DNA from: Candidatus Latescibacterota bacterium | GTDB lineage: Bacteria; Latescibacterota; UBA2968 | Direction: 5' to 3' | Assembly: GCA_965222605.1 (NCBI GenBank) | Contig: OZ244960.1 | Location: forward strand, 5,536,001 to 5,600,000 | Length of the DNA stretch: 64,000 nt | Part shown: positions 30,012-40,519 of the stretch, one piece after another | Layout of the letters: every line of letters begins with the position of its first letter | Position numbering within the stretch: position 1 is the stretch's first letter | Made by a program: the position numbers and the translations under genes | Notes under the pieces: model-generated | Seen by the model: the letters and a program-made list of their open reading frames with translations, nothing else | The model's database searches: none | What the model was told of the DNA's origin: nothing

Positions 30012-31535
30012 CTACTGCTCCTCTCCGCGTCCATGGCGCGCGACGTCATACATTCCTCGAGCCATATCTCTAAGAAGCGCAAGCTGGTCTCCGTCCTTTG
30101 CATAAAGGTCATTATGTGTCCTACCTTCTAGGAATACGAAATGCGCTTGGGCATCCAGTTCCCTCAGTACCTCTCGGAGTTTGTAAACGGACTTCTCCAG
30201 ATAATGATCGTCAACCGTTCCGACGAATATGTGGAGTTTTCCGTTCAGATGCTCCTGTAGATCTTCCCAATGTTTCGAGATAAACCTTGAAATGTCGTAG
30301 TTATCCCTCCAGTAGCTTACGACTTCTCGATGTACTCTACCGTCCGCGCGATCAAACATCTCAAGCGGTGTGCCATCGGGCCCACGCGGTGAAAAGACCC
30401 ATTCCCAATGTCGGAAGATACCTCCATCAGGGCTGAGCAGACTCTCGAGTCTTGCAGAGTCGCGAGTGGTCGTGATGATTCGGTTGCGGTCCCGGGCAAT
30501 TCCTCGCAGGATCCCCTTCTCGTCTTGATAGAGGTTCGCACCAAACTCGTAGAGGTTGGTATTGAGAAACGCTCTAAAATCGAGAGAGTCAGGAGCGGTA
30601 GCCCAGGCACCACCAAATACCTTTGGATACCGCACCTGAAGCCATACGGAGGCCCACCCTCCTGAGCTGTGGCCCGTTAGCAAACGGCCAGATGAACGCG
30701 CATCCATCCTATAGCGCTGCTCCAACGCGGGGATCAGTTCCTCAGTCAGTGCCGATCCCCAAGGCCCATTATTCGCGCTATCCGCATACAACGTCGGACC
30801 GTTGGGCGTTGAATAGTCGAGGAATACCCATATCATCGGGTAGTCATTGGAAATGCCGGCCTGATAGACGTAATTTGCGAGATCAAAATTGCTCTTGTGC
30901 GTTGCGCCGAAGACGCCGTTTACGTAAACAGTCGGCCAAGTCTTTCTCGCGTCTTCTCTGTAGTCATCAGGCAAAAGCACCCAGGCGCGTAGGGCCACCG
31001 AGTGGTCCCAGAACGACTTAAGAAAGTTGCTTTGGAGCTTAAACTCTTGAAGATGGGGTTGGACAGAGGCTCGCCTTGCGTTGTCCGATTCACATTCACT
31101 TGAAGAGTCCCATTTCACACTCTCTGGGATCTGGTCGGCAAGGGTGAGTGTTACCGATTGCCCAAGAGGGAACTCGACCCTCTCCACGACAGAGAAGAGA
31201 TCACCTGGACCGCCTTGATCGTGATTGTATCTGTTGTCTCGACTTAGCACCGCCTGCATTCGATAACTACCCGCTGGCAAGGTGGAAAGGGCTGTGGGAA
31301 ACACGTTAGTCGATGTGTTCACTTTGACAAGGCGGTCGCTTCCCCACGCCACAATGTCCTGAGCAGCGACGTACATGTTGCCGGGAAATACGGCGTTGAC
31401 TTCAAGTCTTCTCTTCACTGTCCCGTCATCTGGTTCAACAAGAAGAAGCAGTCGACCGGAAGAATCTGCACTGAACGCCTCTGAGAGAGCCACGAACACA
31501 GTCCCACTCATTTTTCCTGGTCGTATCTTCTCCAT
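30012..31535 (-). CDS. Putative esterase (alpha/beta hydrolase), cassette
   Basis: DSANNGPWG.AL..ELIP, GHSSGGW, PD.LDF; bounded by GTTATGC and GTATAAC. Confidence 0.85.
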   Translation of the reverse strand: MEKIRPGKMSGTVFVALSEAFSADSSGRLLLLVEPDDGTVKRRLEVNAVFPGNMYVAAQDIVAWGSDRLVKVNTSTNVFPTALSTLPAGSYRMQAVLSRDNRYNHDQGGPGDLFSVVERVEFPLGQSVTLTLADQIPESVKWDSSSECESDNARRASVQPHLQEFKLQSNFLKSFWDHSVALRAWVLLPDDYREDARKTWPTVYVNGVFGATHKSNFDLANYVYQAGISNDYPMIWVFLDYSTPNGPTLYADSANNGPWGSALTEELIPALEQRYRMDARSSGRLLTGHSSGGWASVWLQVRYPKVFGGAWATAPDSLDFRAFLNTNLYEFGANLYQDEKGILRGIARDRNRIITTTRDSARLESLLSPDGGIFRHWEWVFSPRGPDGTPLEMFDRADGRVHREVVSYWRDNYDISRFISKHWEDLQEHLNGKLHIFVGTVDDHYLEKSVYKLREVLRELDAQAHFVFLEGRTHNDLYAKDGDQLALLRDMARGMYDVARHGRGEEQ

Positions 31536-31548
31536 GAGCTGGCATTTC

Positions 31549-31623
31549 GCATAACGTTTTCGCCGTGCCTGAACCGCGAAGCGGTTGGGCGCAGGCGCCG
31601 AAGCCGAGGGCACGATGTTAGGC
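31549..31623 (-). other. attC-like site (75 bp)
   Basis: GCCTAAC atcgtgccc...ggcacggcgaaaac GTTATGC, imperfect palindrome between co-oriented genes. Confidence 0.85.
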
Positions 31624-31639
31624 GGCGTGTTGATCGTCT

Positions 31640-32635
31640 CTATAGAAGTGATCTGATCTCACCAACCGCTAACGGTAGTCTCCGAATCTGCCCTTCGAAG
31701 TCAAAGCGTGAGAGCACTGAGGTGTTCACCCTTCCCGGTTTCTCAATATAGTGCGACAGCTTATCAGCATAGTAGACCGCCCAGACGACTCCGAATGTTT
31801 CCCGGTCTCCGACTGAGAGTGGCCGCTCAGAAAGATAGCCTCGTAGGAAATCCAGCATCTCTTTCTCCAATAGAGATCGTCCCCCAATGAGATCATTCAT
31901 TAGCCATCTGTGTTGGACCATTGCAAGATCTACAGTAGCTGGAGCAAAAGAGCTGTAGACGTCGGTGAAACCGACTTTCTCTCCATCCGTGTGGACGTTG
32001 GGACCCCAGACATCTCCATGCGTTGTCATCCACCGCACTGATGTTCGTGTTAGGTGCTTGTAGGTGGTTTGCAACTCGGTCTGAAGGGTCTTGATGGCGT
32101 CGTGGAGATCGCCAGGAAGAGAACGGGAAAGAGCTCGCCGAAGTCTGACCTCCACGTAGTCAGTGAGATCTATCTTCCGCATCCTGGATTTGTCGAACTT
32201 CTCCGATGCCAGATGAATCTTAGCAAGTCCACGTCCCACCGCACCCAATCGGTGGAGGTGACGAGAGCTACAAGGTTCCCCACCGAGATCAGTCTCCACA
32301 GAGAGCACAACAGCATCTCCGATCGCGATACACAAATCTCCGGAGAGAGTGGGGACAATCTGAGGGACAGGGGCATCGTTTGTTGAGAGATGATTAACGA
32401 ACTCGACAACTTCCTCGGCACAGAGCTGACCCCGTGCCCAGTTCAATCGCGCGAAGAACCTCGCCCCATTCTTCTTGAAGGTGAAGAGGCGTATCGTGCC
32501 TGGGACCGGTATGAGAGAACCATCGAACTGCCAAGCTGACCGAAGGGCCTCCTGGATTCTCTCCTTTGGTGGAATCTGATCCACTAACTGCTCCTCCGAT
32601 ACATGGTTCTCAACAGCCTCTTCGAAGACCAACAT
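31640..32635 (-). CDS. Phosphotransferase (APH / homoserine kinase type II-like), cassette
   Basis: GRGLAKIH, THGDVWGPNV, FTD. Confidence 0.8.
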   Translation of the reverse strand: MLVFEEAVENHVSEEQLVDQIPPKERIQEALRSAWQFDGSLIPVPGTIRLFTFKKNGARFFARLNWARGQLCAEEVVEFVNHLSTNDAPVPQIVPTLSGDLCIAIGDAVVLSVETDLGGEPCSSRHLHRLGAVGRGLAKIHLASEKFDKSRMRKIDLTDYVEVRLRRALSRSLPGDLHDAIKTLQTELQTTYKHLTRTSVRWMTTHGDVWGPNVHTDGEKVGFTDVYSSFAPATVDLAMVQHRWLMNDLIGGRSLLEKEMLDFLRGYLSERPLSVGDRETFGVVWAVYYADKLSHYIEKPGRVNTSVLSRFDFEGQIRRLPLAVGEIRSLL

Positions 32636-32638
32636 GCC

Positions 32639-32773
32639 GTATAACGATACGCCGGTTTGCGAACCCCGAGCTTGTCGAGGGGTTGCCGAAGGCCAAGGCG
32701 CGAATGCGCCGTAGCGCGAACCGTGCTGTTAGGCGAAGGACAAAGCCCGAAACCGGGCACGGACGTGTTATGT
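32639..32773 (-). other. attC-like site (32639-32734) with an extra upstream R'' half-site
   Basis: ACATAAC(32773-32767)...GCCTAAC agcacggttcgcg...cgcaaaccggcgtatc GTTATAC. Confidence 0.85.
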
Positions 32774-32789
32774 GAAGTCACCTCTCTCA

Positions 32790-33341
32790 CTACGAGGCTA
32801 TGGCAAGGCGTTTCGCTCCGATTCCTGCCTTGATCGCTTCGTGGGCCAGGGGTGAGAGTAAGGGCTTCCCTCGCTCAACTTTGGTCTCGAACGTGTCAAG
32901 TTCCTCGACCGTGAAATGAGATCTCGGCATGAATTCCAGATAGTTGGCAACCTCCATTTCAATGAGGTCGCGAAGATCCGCTTGCGTGACGGGTATGTTC
33001 TCCTCGTGAACACGGTTCCACACAGTTGCCCCCTCCTTTCCTAATCCTTCGAAAAATCCACTGCGGATCGAAACGCTGAAGAGAAAAGCCAATCGCTCGG
33101 CCCTCTCGCCAATCACTTCGCGGATGCGTTGCCGATCTTCAAGGGACGCTGACTCTGTCTTGTAGGATTGCGTGCCGTAGATACTATGAAACAAACCTCC
33201 AAGACACACGGCCTGGTCGTTGCCCCAGTCCTGGAGGAAATCGTGTGTTCCCCGAAGATGGTCTAATAGATCCCCGCCGCTATGAGGGTTTTTGTCAGTG
33301 TTCAGGTCGAGTAAGAGGTCCAGGTGATTCTGTTCGATCAT
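32790..33341 (-). CDS. DUF6817-like (HD-like) protein, cassette
   Basis: HSG..LLDHL.GT..L..W......GLFHSIYGT...IG..AE.LA.LF. Confidence 0.75.
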   Translation of the reverse strand: MIEQNHLDLLLDLNTDKNPHSGGDLLDHLRGTHDFLQDWGNDQAVCLGGLFHSIYGTQSYKTESASLEDRQRIREVIGERAERLAFLFSVSIRSGFFEGLGKEGATVWNRVHEENIPVTQADLRDLIEMEVANYLEFMPRSHFTVEELDTFETKVERGKPLLSPLAHEAIKAGIGAKRLAIAS

Positions 33342-33415
33342 TACGACTCCCCATGTCTTATAGTGATTTCACATAACGGTTGTAATATACGATTTGGGAT
33401 GCCTTCAATCGCTAA

Positions 33416-33886
33416 TCAGACTGAGGTCAGGTCAAGAGCAAAGTGAACCTCGCCGCCAAAGTGACCATCCTGATGGTGTGTGACACGAAAACCGAACCGT
33501 TTGTAGAACTCGATAACCCCAGACCAGGTAGATGTCGTTTCCAGGACAACGCGTTGAAATCCCAACTCTTTAGCCTCTTGGCAGAGCCTTTTCAGTATTT
33601 GCTTGCCAATTCCTCGTCTCCGAAACTCCGGTGACACGGACATTCTGACTATCTCTGCTACCTGGTCTGACTTCGGAATCAGCGCGCCCGAGCCAATAAT
33701 CCTGCCATCAAACCAGGCGACCAGAAATGTGGCATCATCGTAGTAGGCACCGATGTCATTCAAATCTGGATTTAAGATTGGGTCAATTTCTCCCCAGTGT
33801 TCGGCAAGGCCAGCTAAAATTAGGCTCTGGACAGCTTCTTGATCCTCGCTCTCAAATGGCTTTATCGAGATTTGCTGTGCATCCAT
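33416..33886 (-). CDS. GNAT N-acetyltransferase
   Basis: RMSVSPEFRRRGIG, FYKRFGF. Confidence 0.9.
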   Translation of the reverse strand: MDAQQISIKPFESEDQEAVQSLILAGLAEHWGEIDPILNPDLNDIGAYYDDATFLVAWFDGRIIGSGALIPKSDQVAEIVRMSVSPEFRRRGIGKQILKRLCQEAKELGFQRVVLETTSTWSGVIEFYKRFGFRVTHHQDGHFGGEVHFALDLTSV

Positions 33887-33904
33887 TACCTTTTGAGACA
33901 GTCC

Positions 33905-34090
33905 TTTCCTCTATTGTAGGCGTTGCGCCTATCAAGAGCAAGATAAATGCTGAAGAAAATCTCCGTTAGAATAATCAAAGTCGTTCACGTTGCTTAAGTT
34001 TGGGGAGAATGTACTTCCGCAAGATAGGATTCAGAGGCCCTTTTGCGTGATCAGAATTCCTGAGATACGAACGATAGTCTTCATTCTTTT
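33905..34090 (-). repeat. Two adjacent stubs duplicating 24105-24167 and 24830-24873
   Basis: taggcgttgcgcctatca.gagcaagataaa.gct.aagaaaat and tgcgtgatcagaat.cctgagatacga.cgatagtcttcatt. Confidence 0.85.
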
Positions 34091-34141
34091 CCTCATGATA
34101 ATAGTAATACACTCGTTTTGGCTGCCGATTGCCTCCCGTAT

Positions 34142-35224
34142 CTATTCACCATTCGACAGCCGTGCGACCTCCCCGCGCAGTCGGGCATTCTCTGTTACGA
34201 TCTTGCCAGCGCGAACGTCTGCCTCCCTGAACTTTGCCATGAAAACCGCTCCGTTTGGAGTGCGATTGTAATCATAAATGATGTAGATTGTTCCATCGCC
34301 TGCCTGCACGCCATCGGGATAGGTGACCTTCTCCCGTTCATCCAGCATGAGTCCGCCCTGCCACGTCTGGCCTTCATCGTCGGATACAAACGCCACCAGT
34401 TTCTCGCGTCTCGTCTTTTCGGTCATGGATCCATGCTTGACCAATAACAATGCGCCAGATTTCAAACGACGCACAAAAAACCGGGTGGTCGGATGTGGTA
34501 TTTTAAGACGTTCAACGGGCGACCAGGTCTTTCCATGATCGTAAGAAACTGTCTGGCCGATGCCACGGACCCGCACCAGCATCCAGAGTGAGCCATCCTT
34601 TCGCTCAACAATCATCGGCTCATCAGGGCCCCGCAATTCCGCGTTAACAATATTGGCTGTACCACGAAGCTCGAAGGTCTTGCCCCGATCGCGCGAGGCG
34701 TAGACCTTGATGCTGTTGTCAGTCTTCCATACAGACGAGGTAAAGAGCCAGTCGCCATCCGATAGTACCGTTGGTTTGTTCAGCATAATGCCATTACCCA
34801 ATCGACGCGGTTTCGACCATGTTGGGTTCTCAGCATCTGGATTGCTGGTGACAATGGTCCATATGCCGTAACGGCCATCTTGTTGACCAAAACTCTGTCC
34901 CCAGAAAACCCACATCCGATCCTGGGGGTCGATCCAGATGGAAGCGGACATAGCCCGAACGTCCCTACAGGGCAGTACTATGACTTTTGGATCTGACCAG
35001 GTGTGCCCATCGTCATCACTCCGAATCAAGACCTGGTAGTTTCGCGGGCTTTCGACATCCCGCCCGTAAACTGCCCACAACCGTCCCTTCGTGGTGCGTT
35101 CGATGCCTGGCACGCCCTGTCGTGTGGTCGGCGGCACATGCTGTTTCCACGGATTGACAATGACCGTCGCCGGTTTGAGTGCAATATCGGCATCACGCTG
35201 TTTCTCAGGTTTTGCATCTGTCAT
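34142..35224 (-). CDS. Exo-alpha-sialidase / BNR repeat protein
   Basis: RQGVP.I, SDDDGHTW, SYDHGKTW, SDDEGQTW, YPDG. Confidence 0.88.
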   Translation of the reverse strand: MTDAKPEKQRDADIALKPATVIVNPWKQHVPPTTRQGVPGIERTTKGRLWAVYGRDVESPRNYQVLIRSDDDGHTWSDPKVIVLPCRDVRAMSASIWIDPQDRMWVFWGQSFGQQDGRYGIWTIVTSNPDAENPTWSKPRRLGNGIMLNKPTVLSDGDWLFTSSVWKTDNSIKVYASRDRGKTFELRGTANIVNAELRGPDEPMIVERKDGSLWMLVRVRGIGQTVSYDHGKTWSPVERLKIPHPTTRFFVRRLKSGALLLVKHGSMTEKTRREKLVAFVSDDEGQTWQGGLMLDEREKVTYPDGVQAGDGTIYIIYDYNRTPNGAVFMAKFREADVRAGKIVTENARLRGEVARLSNGE

Positions 35225-35856
35225 GTTGTTTTCTTCAATTGTTTTGGGACGTGCGATTCCCGCAAAAACGCAAAGGTCACAAAGAGTGCAAGGAATGCCG
35301 GAAGGACTGCCACCAACAATGGATAGGCCATTTCGCCTGTCATCCCGAGTGCTACGACTCCAAGCAGCGGAGCGATCAACAAAGAGAGATCCATAAGGGA
35401 ATCAAATGCCCCCATGGCGGGGCCAACCACGAAGGACAGTCCTTGACTGCTTCTGAGAATCCCGAAGAACCGTCCTGGAGCATCCTTGCCAAGCGTTGAA
35501 GTGATTGCCAGGAGAGCGGGCATCGAGATGGCATCAGCGACACCACCGAGGACTCGAAGAACTACCAAATGGACCCAGTCGCTCGCAATCAGACACAAAA
35601 GAGATGAAACTGAACCGAGGGCCGTGCCTACCAGAATGAGACGCTGCCGTGAGAAGCGATCCGCAAGGGCACCCGCGAAGAATTGGGCGACTACCACTGT
35701 GGCGAGGGCAGCCGACACGACTATGGGTATCTGGTACATTTCAGCTCCGAGTTCCGTGCTGAGTCTCGGCAATACGGGAAGGCTGACGAGAGTACTCAGG
35801 AAGATGATGAACGCCATCAAGCCGATGGCATACATCCTATGCAGGTCAGATGTCAT
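35221..35856 (-). pseudogene. MFS transporter with an in-frame internal deletion (211 aa)
   Basis: Motif A GALADRFSRQR; TM1-5 run directly into a C-terminal-like GAFDSLMDL..IAP segment. Confidence 0.65.
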
Positions 35857-35865
35857 TACCCTTCC

Positions 35866-36207
35866 TCAGTGAAGACGGACCTTGGGTTCATCCCGGAAGG
35901 GGTAGCTATACCAGAAGCACCCGAAGCCGTCCAAGACATCAATCGACGGTTCGTCTTTCTCGCGTTCGAGATAGTGGTCGTAGGCCCAGCGATCCGGCTC
36001 ACTCGTATTTCGTAGCCCTCTCAGAAAGCTCTGCCAAGCCTCACTTTCTTGCGCTGTCTCCTTCGTGACTCGAATGTTCAAAAGTGTCCGAAGCATTGTG
36101 CAGTCGATCAGGGTGTCTTCCAAGGGTCTGTGAGACAATTCGGACATACGTCTGGCAAAGGCCAGCTGGACCGAGATGAACTCATATGGTAGGCCGAGTT
36201 TGGGCAT
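35866..36207 (-). pseudogene. Hypothetical cassette protein, probably 3'-truncated
   Basis: 113 aa after a GTTAAGT core; ends abruptly at KVRLH. Confidence 0.45.
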
Positions 36208-36237
36208 TCACTATGTACCTGAAAATACCGGCATGGC

Positions 36238-36345
36238 ACTTAACGTTCTCGGCACCCACAAACCTGGCATAGCCAGGTTGGGCGAATGACCGAGGCTGGG
36301 GGCCAAGGCGCGACAGCACCGCAGACCAACACCGACGTGTTAGGC
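36238..36345 (-). other. attC-like site (108 bp)
   Basis: GCCTAAC acgtcggtg...aacctggctatgccaggtt...gtgccgagaac GTTAAGT. Confidence 0.8.
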
Positions 36346-36356
36346 GTTACACTGTG

Positions 36357-36911
36357 CTATTTGTCAAATGGTAAGTACAGACTACACCGGCACCCCAGGG
36401 CCTCCAGCCCTTTCTCATAGATTTTCTCGCACAGAGCGACTTTTCCGTCCATATACGACTGGCGGTCATTGTCGTGCTCTTCAGCGAGTTGCCATTTCAG
36501 GTTACTAAGCCTACGAGCATATTCGGGACTTTGTCTGAGGAAATCTCTGAAGACAAGATGCCGCTTCAAGGCTTCACTATATTTGTCACAAACGTACGTA
36601 TGGTGGACGGGCAAAGATTCCTTCAGTCCGCTATCCGACAGATCAAAGGCATCTCTTCCGGGAATACCCAGGTCACCTTCATGGAAATATCCGATCTCTG
36701 CAAGCCGGTCCTTCGTACTCTCGAAATCCTGCCTCTCAATGACAATGTCAACGTCAATGATTGGCTTCGCGGTCATTCCGGCGACAGATGTGCTACCGAC
36801 GTGCTCGAGGCTGCAATACCTTCCTGACAAAACAGAGTCAAAACGGCGTCGCAACTCTTCGAACCTTGAAGGCCAGGTCGGATCGTAGTGCTTTACTAAC
36901 ATAACTCTCAT
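36357..36911 (-). CDS. GrpB / UPF0157 family protein
   Basis: YDPTWP..F, EHVGSTSV.G..AKPIID, FRDFLR, Y..GK. Confidence 0.9.
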   Translation of the reverse strand: MRVMLVKHYDPTWPSRFEELRRRFDSVLSGRYCSLEHVGSTSVAGMTAKPIIDVDIVIERQDFESTKDRLAEIGYFHEGDLGIPGRDAFDLSDSGLKESLPVHHTYVCDKYSEALKRHLVFRDFLRQSPEYARRLSNLKWQLAEEHDNDRQSYMDGKVALCEKIYEKGLEALGCRCSLYLPFDK

Positions 36912-36926
36912 TTTATCCTGATATTA

Positions 36927-37335
36927 TTATGATCTCTCTTCATCGGCATCATGAAAATCAAAAAAGGTCAATATGTCATCCCGATCCGAAAATCCACGCT
37001 TCGCTTTCATTTTTTTAAGCTCAGGAGTCGTCGCGCCAGCCACGTTTTTCCATGAATTGATTCCATATTTGGATTTCTTCATTATTGGGACGCCTACCAT
37101 TCTCAAAACACCATTGTAGTATCTCTCCATCAGTTCCACCAGAAAGCACCCTTTGAACTAGCGCGTCGTAGTCTACCTGAAGAAAGCGAAGGCATTGACC
37201 ATCAAGTCCAAAACCACGATTATAGTCGTCCGGAAGCTTGCCTTGATGGTGAAGTCGGATTTTGTCTAGCATTCGCCCAAAAAAGACGATTTCTTCTACC
37301 TTTTCGTAGGAACTCCTTAAGTTGGGAATTTGCAT
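36927..37335 (-). pseudogene. DUF5069-like protein, frameshifted near 37025
   Basis: LRS...GRMLDKIRL..G.LP.DY; the C-terminus ILTFFDFHDADE is in another frame. Confidence 0.65.
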
Positions 37336-37402
37336 ATGACATTTCTCATAGAATAAAATTTTCTGATTCATTTTACGGACCTGAATCGGCCCTTTCCATT
37401 GC

Positions 37403-37455
37403 ATTTAACGTCTTGCCGGTTTGCGAACCCGCGCAGTGGTAACTGATTGTTATAT
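37403..37455 (-). other. Short chimeric attC-like site (53 bp)
   Basis: ATATAAC...gggttcgcaaaccggcaagac GTTAAAT; the right arm matches the sites at 32639 and 45959. Confidence 0.65.
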
Positions 37456-37480
37456 GGCGTTTGATCCAAATGCTGGAATT

Positions 37481-37996
37481 TCAGTCAGTCCATTTTTGCT
37501 CAGATAGAAAAGCCTGCAATTCTGCACGCACCGCTTCCAAAGATGCCTGAACATCGTCTATTTCTCCTTGGGTTGCCCCTTTGAGTTTTAAATTCTCAAT
37601 TCTCAACTCGAGAATCTTACTTTGGCTGATAAGGCCGTAACCTTTTATGGCTACGAGAGAGTTTGGAAAACCGATATTCTGTTGTTCCCAAAGCAAACTC
37701 GATTGAAAGCGATGCAAGTCTTTCCCTTTGAGTTTAATGGAGACATCCTGTTCGGGATGTATCTCGTTAAATCTGAATATATGCTGATTGAGGTCGCTCT
37801 TGCTAAGAATAAGATTGCTGAAATCCCGGAATCTATCGAGGTGTTTCTCTATTCGATTTGCGATCTTCATGAAGTTTTCGTATCCAAATCTCTTGTCATT
37901 CATCTGCAATTCCCACCATCTATCTTCTGATGAAGAGATGGATGGTAGGACCACAAGAATAATGGCAAAAAGCCCAATGGCAGAAGGAAGTTTCAT
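37481..37996 (-). CDS. Secreted hypothetical protein
   Basis: GAGGAG RBS, MKLPSAIGLFAIILVVLPSISS signal peptide. Confidence 0.65.
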   Translation of the reverse strand: MKLPSAIGLFAIILVVLPSISSSEDRWWELQMNDKRFGYENFMKIANRIEKHLDRFRDFSNLILSKSDLNQHIFRFNEIHPEQDVSIKLKGKDLHRFQSSLLWEQQNIGFPNSLVAIKGYGLISQSKILELRIENLKLKGATQGEIDDVQASLEAVRAELQAFLSEQKWTD

Positions 37997-38130
37997 GATC
38001 GTCTCCTCAAGAGGTAGGTAAGAAGCCTCCAATTCATTCAACAGTAACCCCGTGTTAAGCGTCTGGTGCAGCTTGGGGTGGTTGGGCAAAGTCTTGACAG
38101 GACGCGCACTTCTCGTTGCTTTGCGATTCA

Positions 38131-38841
38131 TCATGGCTTCCGACCAAAGCCGATGAAGACATTGTCCCAGGATTCCCCCAACTCGGAGACTCTGAGTATC
38201 CGGGAGTCGTGAAATCCAGCTTCCACGAAAAGATCCTGAACTTCCGATTCGTCAAAGTAGTGCCAGAAGACAGGACCTTTTCCACCTTCCTTCAAGATCA
38301 CGTCTCCGTCATCCAGCCCCTGCTGGTTGATTCGCTCATATCTGGAATCGGCTTCCAACAGTCTTAGCGTTCTAGTCCGATCGTGGACAGTGAGGGATGA
38401 AAGGCCCCCGGCGACGAGTATGCGAAACGCTTCTTGGAGAAGGGTCTGGCGAGCTTTCTTTGTGGGAACATTCGCGAGAATTTGGCTCCAGAAAATGACG
38501 ATGTCGTAAGTCCTGTCCGGCTCTGAGATATTGGTACCATTTGTCAGCTCGAATTCCGCGTGACTGTGTCTTTGGTTGGCGATACTCCTGGCTGCCGTGA
38601 TCAGATTTTCAGATATGTCAATTCCTTTGACCTTGTATCCGAGCGCCTCAAGAGCGAACGCCTCGCGTCCCACTCCGCATCCGACAACCAGGACTTTACC
38701 CGAGCCAGGAAAGAACTGGTCGATAGCAGCCTTCTCATACTTACGAAGGCCCTCAGCAACTCTCTGAGTGTACTTTTCGACAGCATCGGCTATAGAGTAA
38801 CTCGCGAGAATTCCCCGTCGTAGTTCTTCAGCCTCAATCAC
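38131..38841 (-). CDS. Class I SAM-dependent methyltransferase
   Basis: VLVVGCGVGRE, GIDIS, YDIV. Confidence 0.88.
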   Translation of the reverse strand: MIEAEELRRGILASYSIADAVEKYTQRVAEGLRKYEKAAIDQFFPGSGKVLVVGCGVGREAFALEALGYKVKGIDISENLITAARSIANQRHSHAEFELTNGTNISEPDRTYDIVIFWSQILANVPTKKARQTLLQEAFRILVAGGLSSLTVHDRTRTLRLLEADSRYERINQQGLDDGDVILKEGGKGPVFWHYFDESEVQDLFVEAGFHDSRILRVSELGESWDNVFIGFGRKP

Positions 38842-38857
38842 GTTGAATGGCCTCCTC

Positions 38858-39055
38858 TAGGATTGCGTGCCGTAGATGCTATGAAACAAACCTCCAAGAC
38901 ACACGGCCTGGTCGTTGCCCCATTCCTGGAGGAAATCGTGTGTTCCCCGAAGATGGTCTAATAGATCCCCGCCGCTGTGAGGGTTTTCGTCAGTGTTCAG
39001 GTCGAGTAAGAGGTCCAGGTGATTCTGTTCGATCATTATGGCTCCCTATGCCTTA
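38858..39055 (-). pseudogene. 5' stub duplicate of the DUF6817-like gene (33163-33360)
   Basis: Near-identical ~195 bp with substitutions and an indel. Confidence 0.9.
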
Positions 39056-39062
39056 TCTATTA

Positions 39063-39963
39063 ACCTTTGGTGCTAGTAGATAAGAAGTTGTAAGTCGCCA
39101 GAAGTTTACCTATGCTGAATGAGTTAGCACCTCATTCATTCACAGCAGGGAGGTAAACTTCATGACGACTGAAATGCTGATCATTGACCTGTTCTGTCGG
39201 GTAGATGATCAAACGCAAGACCTTGAGAAACATCCTCAAGCCAAGCTCTATCCCAGCGAAGTCATCACGTTGGCCTTGCTTTTTGCGATTAAAGGGGTGG
39301 GCAATCGCGCCTATTATGATTGGCTGATAAACGATTGGCAGCACCTGTTTCCTAACTTACCTCATCGCACGCGCTTGTTTCGCCTCTTTTTAAGGCATCA
39401 ACACGCCACAAGCCGATTTTTAGCCGAAAAGAGCGTGTTGGGCATCATTGATAGCTATGGCATTGAGTTGATTCATCCGATCCGAGAAGGCAGAAGTCCT
39501 GCTCAGATCGGGAAGAAAGGCAAATCGAATTATCGCTGGATTGTCGGTGGCAAGCTCTGTCTGTTGATCAATCAATGGGGTCTCATCGTGGATTGGGACT
39601 GTCAGACAGCTAATGTTCACGATACCACCTTCCACCATCTCATCAAGCAGGTGCAATCAGACATGGTCGTCTTTGCCGATGTCGGCTTTCAAAAAGCGCA
39701 AGACAACCCAGAAAACTTAAAAATCTGTCCGCGTGGCACTTGGAATGAGCGCATGGTGGTTGAAACCATCTTATCTATGATGACGCTCGTGTGGCATTTT
39801 AAGAAAGTCATGCATCGGGTCTGGAGCTATTTTGCAATGCGATTGGCTTTTACCATGGCCGCCTTCAATATCTTGGTACAATGGCAGGGCTTTAAACCCG
39901 ATGAAGATGGGTTCATTAACCTTGCCATCGCACACTTCAGAATATAACACTAGCACCAAAGGT
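39063..39963 (+). mobile_element. IS982-family insertion sequence
   Basis: 15-bp perfect IR ACCTTTGGTGCTAGT; 5-bp target duplication TATTA (39058-39062, 39964-39968). Confidence 0.9.
39162..39947 (+). CDS. IS982-family transposase
   Basis: LY.SEVITL, FPNLP.RTR, IIDS..I, ANVHD, AD.GF, R..VET. Confidence 0.85.
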   Translation: MTTEMLIIDLFCRVDDQTQDLEKHPQAKLYPSEVITLALLFAIKGVGNRAYYDWLINDWQHLFPNLPHRTRLFRLFLRHQHATSRFLAEKSVLGIIDSYGIELIHPIREGRSPAQIGKKGKSNYRWIVGGKLCLLINQWGLIVDWDCQTANVHDTTFHHLIKQVQSDMVVFADVGFQKAQDNPENLKICPRGTWNERMVVETILSMMTLVWHFKKVMHRVWSYFAMRLAFTMAAFNILVQWQGFKPDEDGFINLAIAHFRI

Positions 39964-39986
39964 TATTAGCGATCTCAGCAGGTCGT

Positions 39987-40379
39987 TTAGATCGCTAAGA
40001 TATTGTCGATTGTCTGCAGTTCGTCCTCGGTAAAATTCAGGTTGTCGAGGACACCGAGGCTGTCCTCGATTTGTTCGGGGCGGCTGGCCCCGCAAAGCGC
40101 GGTAGTGACCGCCTCCTGGCGGAGGACCCAGGCGATGGCCATCTGGCCGAGGGTCTCTTCGGCAGAGCCATAGGGCGGTCCATAGTTGTTGGCCAAATCC
40201 AGGTGTGTGATGCCGTGGTCGAAGGCGGTGCGCACCATAGCACGCCCGGTTTCAAACATATCGACGCCGCCAAAATTATGCCACAGACCGAGAGAGAGCA
40301 GAGGTAGTTGAATACCGCTGTTGCCGCACCGACTATATGTCATGCCGTCGTAACGTGATTGGGACGGGAAGTCGGACAT
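39987..40379 (-). pseudogene. Aldo-keto reductase (Gpr/YghZ-like) with the centre deleted in frame
   Basis: SLGLWHNFG..DLANNYGPPYGSAEETL joins directly to GQMAIAWVLR..GAS; 130 aa versus ~340 typical. Confidence 0.9.
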
Positions 40380-40419
40380 GAATGCTCCCTTGCTATAGAC
40401 TGGTGAGGGTTAATCCGAG

Positions 40420-40470
40420 CTTGCGGTCTCTCTTGCCGTGGCGAATAAAGTGCAAACGCATTAAGGCTAC
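40420..40470 (-). pseudogene. 5' stub of a fourth histidine-phosphatase copy
   Basis: MRLHFIRHGKRDRK, matching 45841-45890. Confidence 0.85.
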
Positions 40471-40519
40471 TACCGCGCTGTTAGCCGAAGTGTGAGTGAC
40501 TTCGATGGACATGAGATCA

